Of a DNA stretch of 64,000 nucleotides, positions 61,367 through 64,000 are shown one piece after another; position 1 is the stretch's first letter, and every line of letters begins with the position of its first letter. The position numbers and the translations under genes are program-made. The stretch is from positions 72,976,001 to 73,040,000 of the forward strand of contig CM059432.1 in assembly GCA_030390025.1 (NCBI GenBank). The letters run 5' to 3'. Origin of the DNA: Squalus acanthias (lineage: Eukaryota). The notes under the pieces were generated by a model. That model saw nothing but the letters and a program-made list of their open reading frames with translations. It did no database searches and was not told where the DNA came from.

Positions 61367-62506
61367 ATTCTCTTTCCATTATTGGAATAAATCATTAAGT
61401 CGTCCAAACAGTAGTCAAAAATAAGTACCTGTCATAAGGAGTGAACGGACAAAGTTATTCTTTCCATAAATTCAGAATTACTAGGCTTTCACAGTGTTGT
61501 TCCTTTCTGATTGCTATGTATGTGTGCCCCTGTCTTTTCACACGTGGACAGAATTTCCTTAAGCTTGAGCAGTTTGGCTTGATTGTGGTCATTGCTTAGA
61601 ATAATTACATTAGTTTTCTCCATCGGTAGTGGAGATGGCCTATTTTCTCTCTCCAGTGTTAATTGTATGGCATTGCTAGGGTGGACCATAAATACTGAGA
61701 TCAACCCCAGGATTCCCAAGACTGGTTTAGTAGATTAAATATAAACTTAATGTCATCAGGGTATTAACATTCAAATAGCTTTCAGGAAATACTTTCGGTA
61801 ATTATTTCTTTGTAAGATTGCCCATGTTCAGAAATTAATATTTTTTCCACTTCACACACTGTGACTGTGCTTTTCAATTCCTCATAGGACTTTAAGAAAT
61901 ATGCTAGAAATTAAATGTATTATAGGTATTTATAAAATGATGATTCCCTTTTTAAAATTTAAGTAATATAACTGAAAACTTATATTTTAAAAATCTATTT
62001 TTTTTAATTTATATTAAAAACGTCTCAACATGTGTGTTCATACCACAAGCATGGGATTACAAAGTGTGTAATAAATTGTCATTTTTTATGTTTTTATTGG
62101 CATCATACATAGGTAGGCAAAACCCAAGCAGTAAGTATTTTTTATACTGTAGTCATATATTTTCTTAAAGGTATTTCACTGTCAGCATTTATTTAAAATT
62201 GCATAGTTTGGACATTTATAATTTACTTTATATTATTCTGTGGGGAGGGGGTTTGCTCGCTTTCTCTGATTTTAGATAGTTTTGTTTAAACAGTGAGCAT
62301 CAATGACATAATTGGAATTGGCTTGGAGCAGTGACGAAACTCGAGGGAGCTAGATTAACATACATAGTTGAATTAACAAATTGCTGATGGACCTTGGGTT
62401 AATGGCAGTTCTCTACTGATGTTAGTTCAGTTTCCTCATACTGTCTGGCTCAGTAACTCCTCCAAGTCATTGTATTGGAAGCTTTACATAACAGAGCTTT
62501 ACACAC

Positions 62507-62785
62507 CTTGGATGTCTCATCGGTTTCATCTTCATGGACTGAGCTGGATGGTGATGGAGTAGCGGACTTGCTTCCTGGTGGGGATGGTGAGCTGTGTTGG
62601 ATAGCATTTCCTCCCATATTAAGACCAAGTTGTGCACTGAGTTGTGACTGGTTTATAGTGGTCAGCTGACCACGTTGCATTACTCCCGGGTGTCTGATGT
62701 CTGTAGATCGGATAGCAGATCTCATAATTGACATCTGTGGGTGAGCACTGTAATGAGTAGTTTCTGTGTTTCCCAGATCATGCAT
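62507..62785 (-). CDS. TOX: TOX coding exon (equivalent to human exon 4); upstream exons lie outside the window
   Basis: Translates MHDLGNTETTHYSAHPQM...GQLTTINQSQLSAQLGLNMGG...SPSPPGSKSATPSPSSSVHEDETDETSK, matching TOX as I recall it. Flanked by a ttttccag acceptor and a gtgtgt donor on the minus strand. 279 bp, phase 0-0. Confidence 0.96.
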
Positions 62786-63879
62786 CTGGAAAAGAAAATG
62801 ATGGTGGTGGGGAAATCATAAATAAAATGTACTGAAGAAAAACACACATTTGTACACTGAGATGGATGGCTTTGATTATTCTATGATCAGATTGATCGCA
62901 CATGTTTTATTGGCATTCATCCTACATAAATTATGAAAATGCATTTTATTGAAAATTAATATAAAATTATACATTGAAAAGAAACCACTGCTGCAACTGT
63001 CTCCTAACCAAGGAAAAGTCTGAGTGATTAATTTATGTGTAAGTGCATTTTAATTCTAAATGGAAAGAGATAAAAATGCTAAATGCTAATGGGCCATTTT
63101 CAGTCATAGTATAAACAACCTTACTGCACATTGTACAGTGCACTAAGCAAACAGTCACTGCACATACTATGCTGATTGCCACCTCAGAAGACTGTAATCT
63201 GTTGCCTCAGGTGATATTTTCCATTACATACATTTTCAGCACCAGAGTTCACAATACAATTGGAAGATGTTTTGTGCTGTGGCCTTTTGTTTGCTGGATC
63301 TACAGTGAGATAGCCACAGTTGATTTTATTTGTGGACTTTACAAAAGCTTTAGTGAAACACAGTTTATGCCCATCTCACATTTATAAATATTTCAGACAC
63401 CAAGATGTCTAAATAATTACATAAGTCTGAAATAGAATATCTTCATATCTATTGGTGATCAAGTAAGTGCGCCATCATAAAGTAACTGTGTACACAGTAG
63501 CTCCATTAAAATTCTAGTCATCCAAATGGACAAAGTAACTTAAAGGGGTCATGTGGAAGCTGTTTCAACAGTGATCTTATCTCAGCTATATATTCATGCT
63601 GTTGGGCTCAATAATGATTCCAAGCCAGCACCATATGTTACTGACTGTATCTCTACTGCTGTTAATCCAAGTCTCTCGTGCCTTTAAGCTCAGACCCCAG
63701 ACAGTTTCCTTATATGATGGAATTCACTTTTTTTTTTAAAGGAGATTCCAGCTGCTTAAAGTTATCTATCCCTGTGTAAAAGTGCTGTCTGCCTCAATTG
63801 GCATTGACTCCTACCCATGGCTCATTTGGCAAATACATCATATAGTGTGGTGCTGAGCCATACAGAAGGAAAGAAAAGA

Positions 63880-63980
63880 AAGAACTTGCCTTTATATGGA
63901 GCTTCATGACATCCCAAAGAGCTTTATAGCTATTAAATCTTTTGAAATGTAGTCACTGTTTTGTTTTGTACGCAAACAAA
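63880..63980 (-). mobile_element. Deu-type SINE 3' tail fragment
   Basis: aagaacttgcctttatat...catcccaaagagctttatagc...ttttgaaatgtagtcactgtt. Confidence 0.6.
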
Positions 63981-64000
63981 CTAAGACATGCAGACCAAGG

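Overview
Eukaryotic (vertebrate) genomic DNA, most likely from a cartilaginous fish (shark); that assignment is an inference from the repeat content. The window holds the 3' two-thirds of the HMG-box transcription factor gene TOX on the minus strand: six GT-AG coding exons at 62507-62785, 55775-56005, 38773-38853, 37479-37883, 32744-32889 and 16743-16779. They splice in frame and end ...LQRDKTLYLT*; the 5' exons lie beyond the right edge. The rest is intron, probable 3'UTR and downstream DNA, densely filled with nested transposons: seven CR1 LINE pieces (one with an uninterrupted 953-aa ORF2), two RTE LINE pieces, a decayed PIF/Harbinger transposon (transposase plus convergent Myb-like partner) carrying about 5 kb of nested retroelements, several non-autonomous Harbinger derivatives and MITEs with 3-bp TSDs, hAT-type MITEs, Deu-type and other SINEs, Penelope-like inverted-repeat remnants, a 1.7-kb CpG-rich 18-bp minisatellite and a 1-kb purine-rich tract. 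The most notable observations are: (1) a 205-bp Penelope-like hairpin insertion with a 13-bp TSD and a core-intact minimal hammerhead ribozyme motif; (2) a related hairpin with a core-mutated hammerhead on the TOX sense strand next to the last splice acceptor; (3) a transposase-deleted Harbinger subfamily with a fixed Penelope remnant, present as an inverted pair in one intron; (4) short locally copied pieces of that element sitting inside neighbouring MITE-like elements. I found no evidence of a new protein-coding system. Most long ORFs in the track are repeat or low-complexity artefacts.
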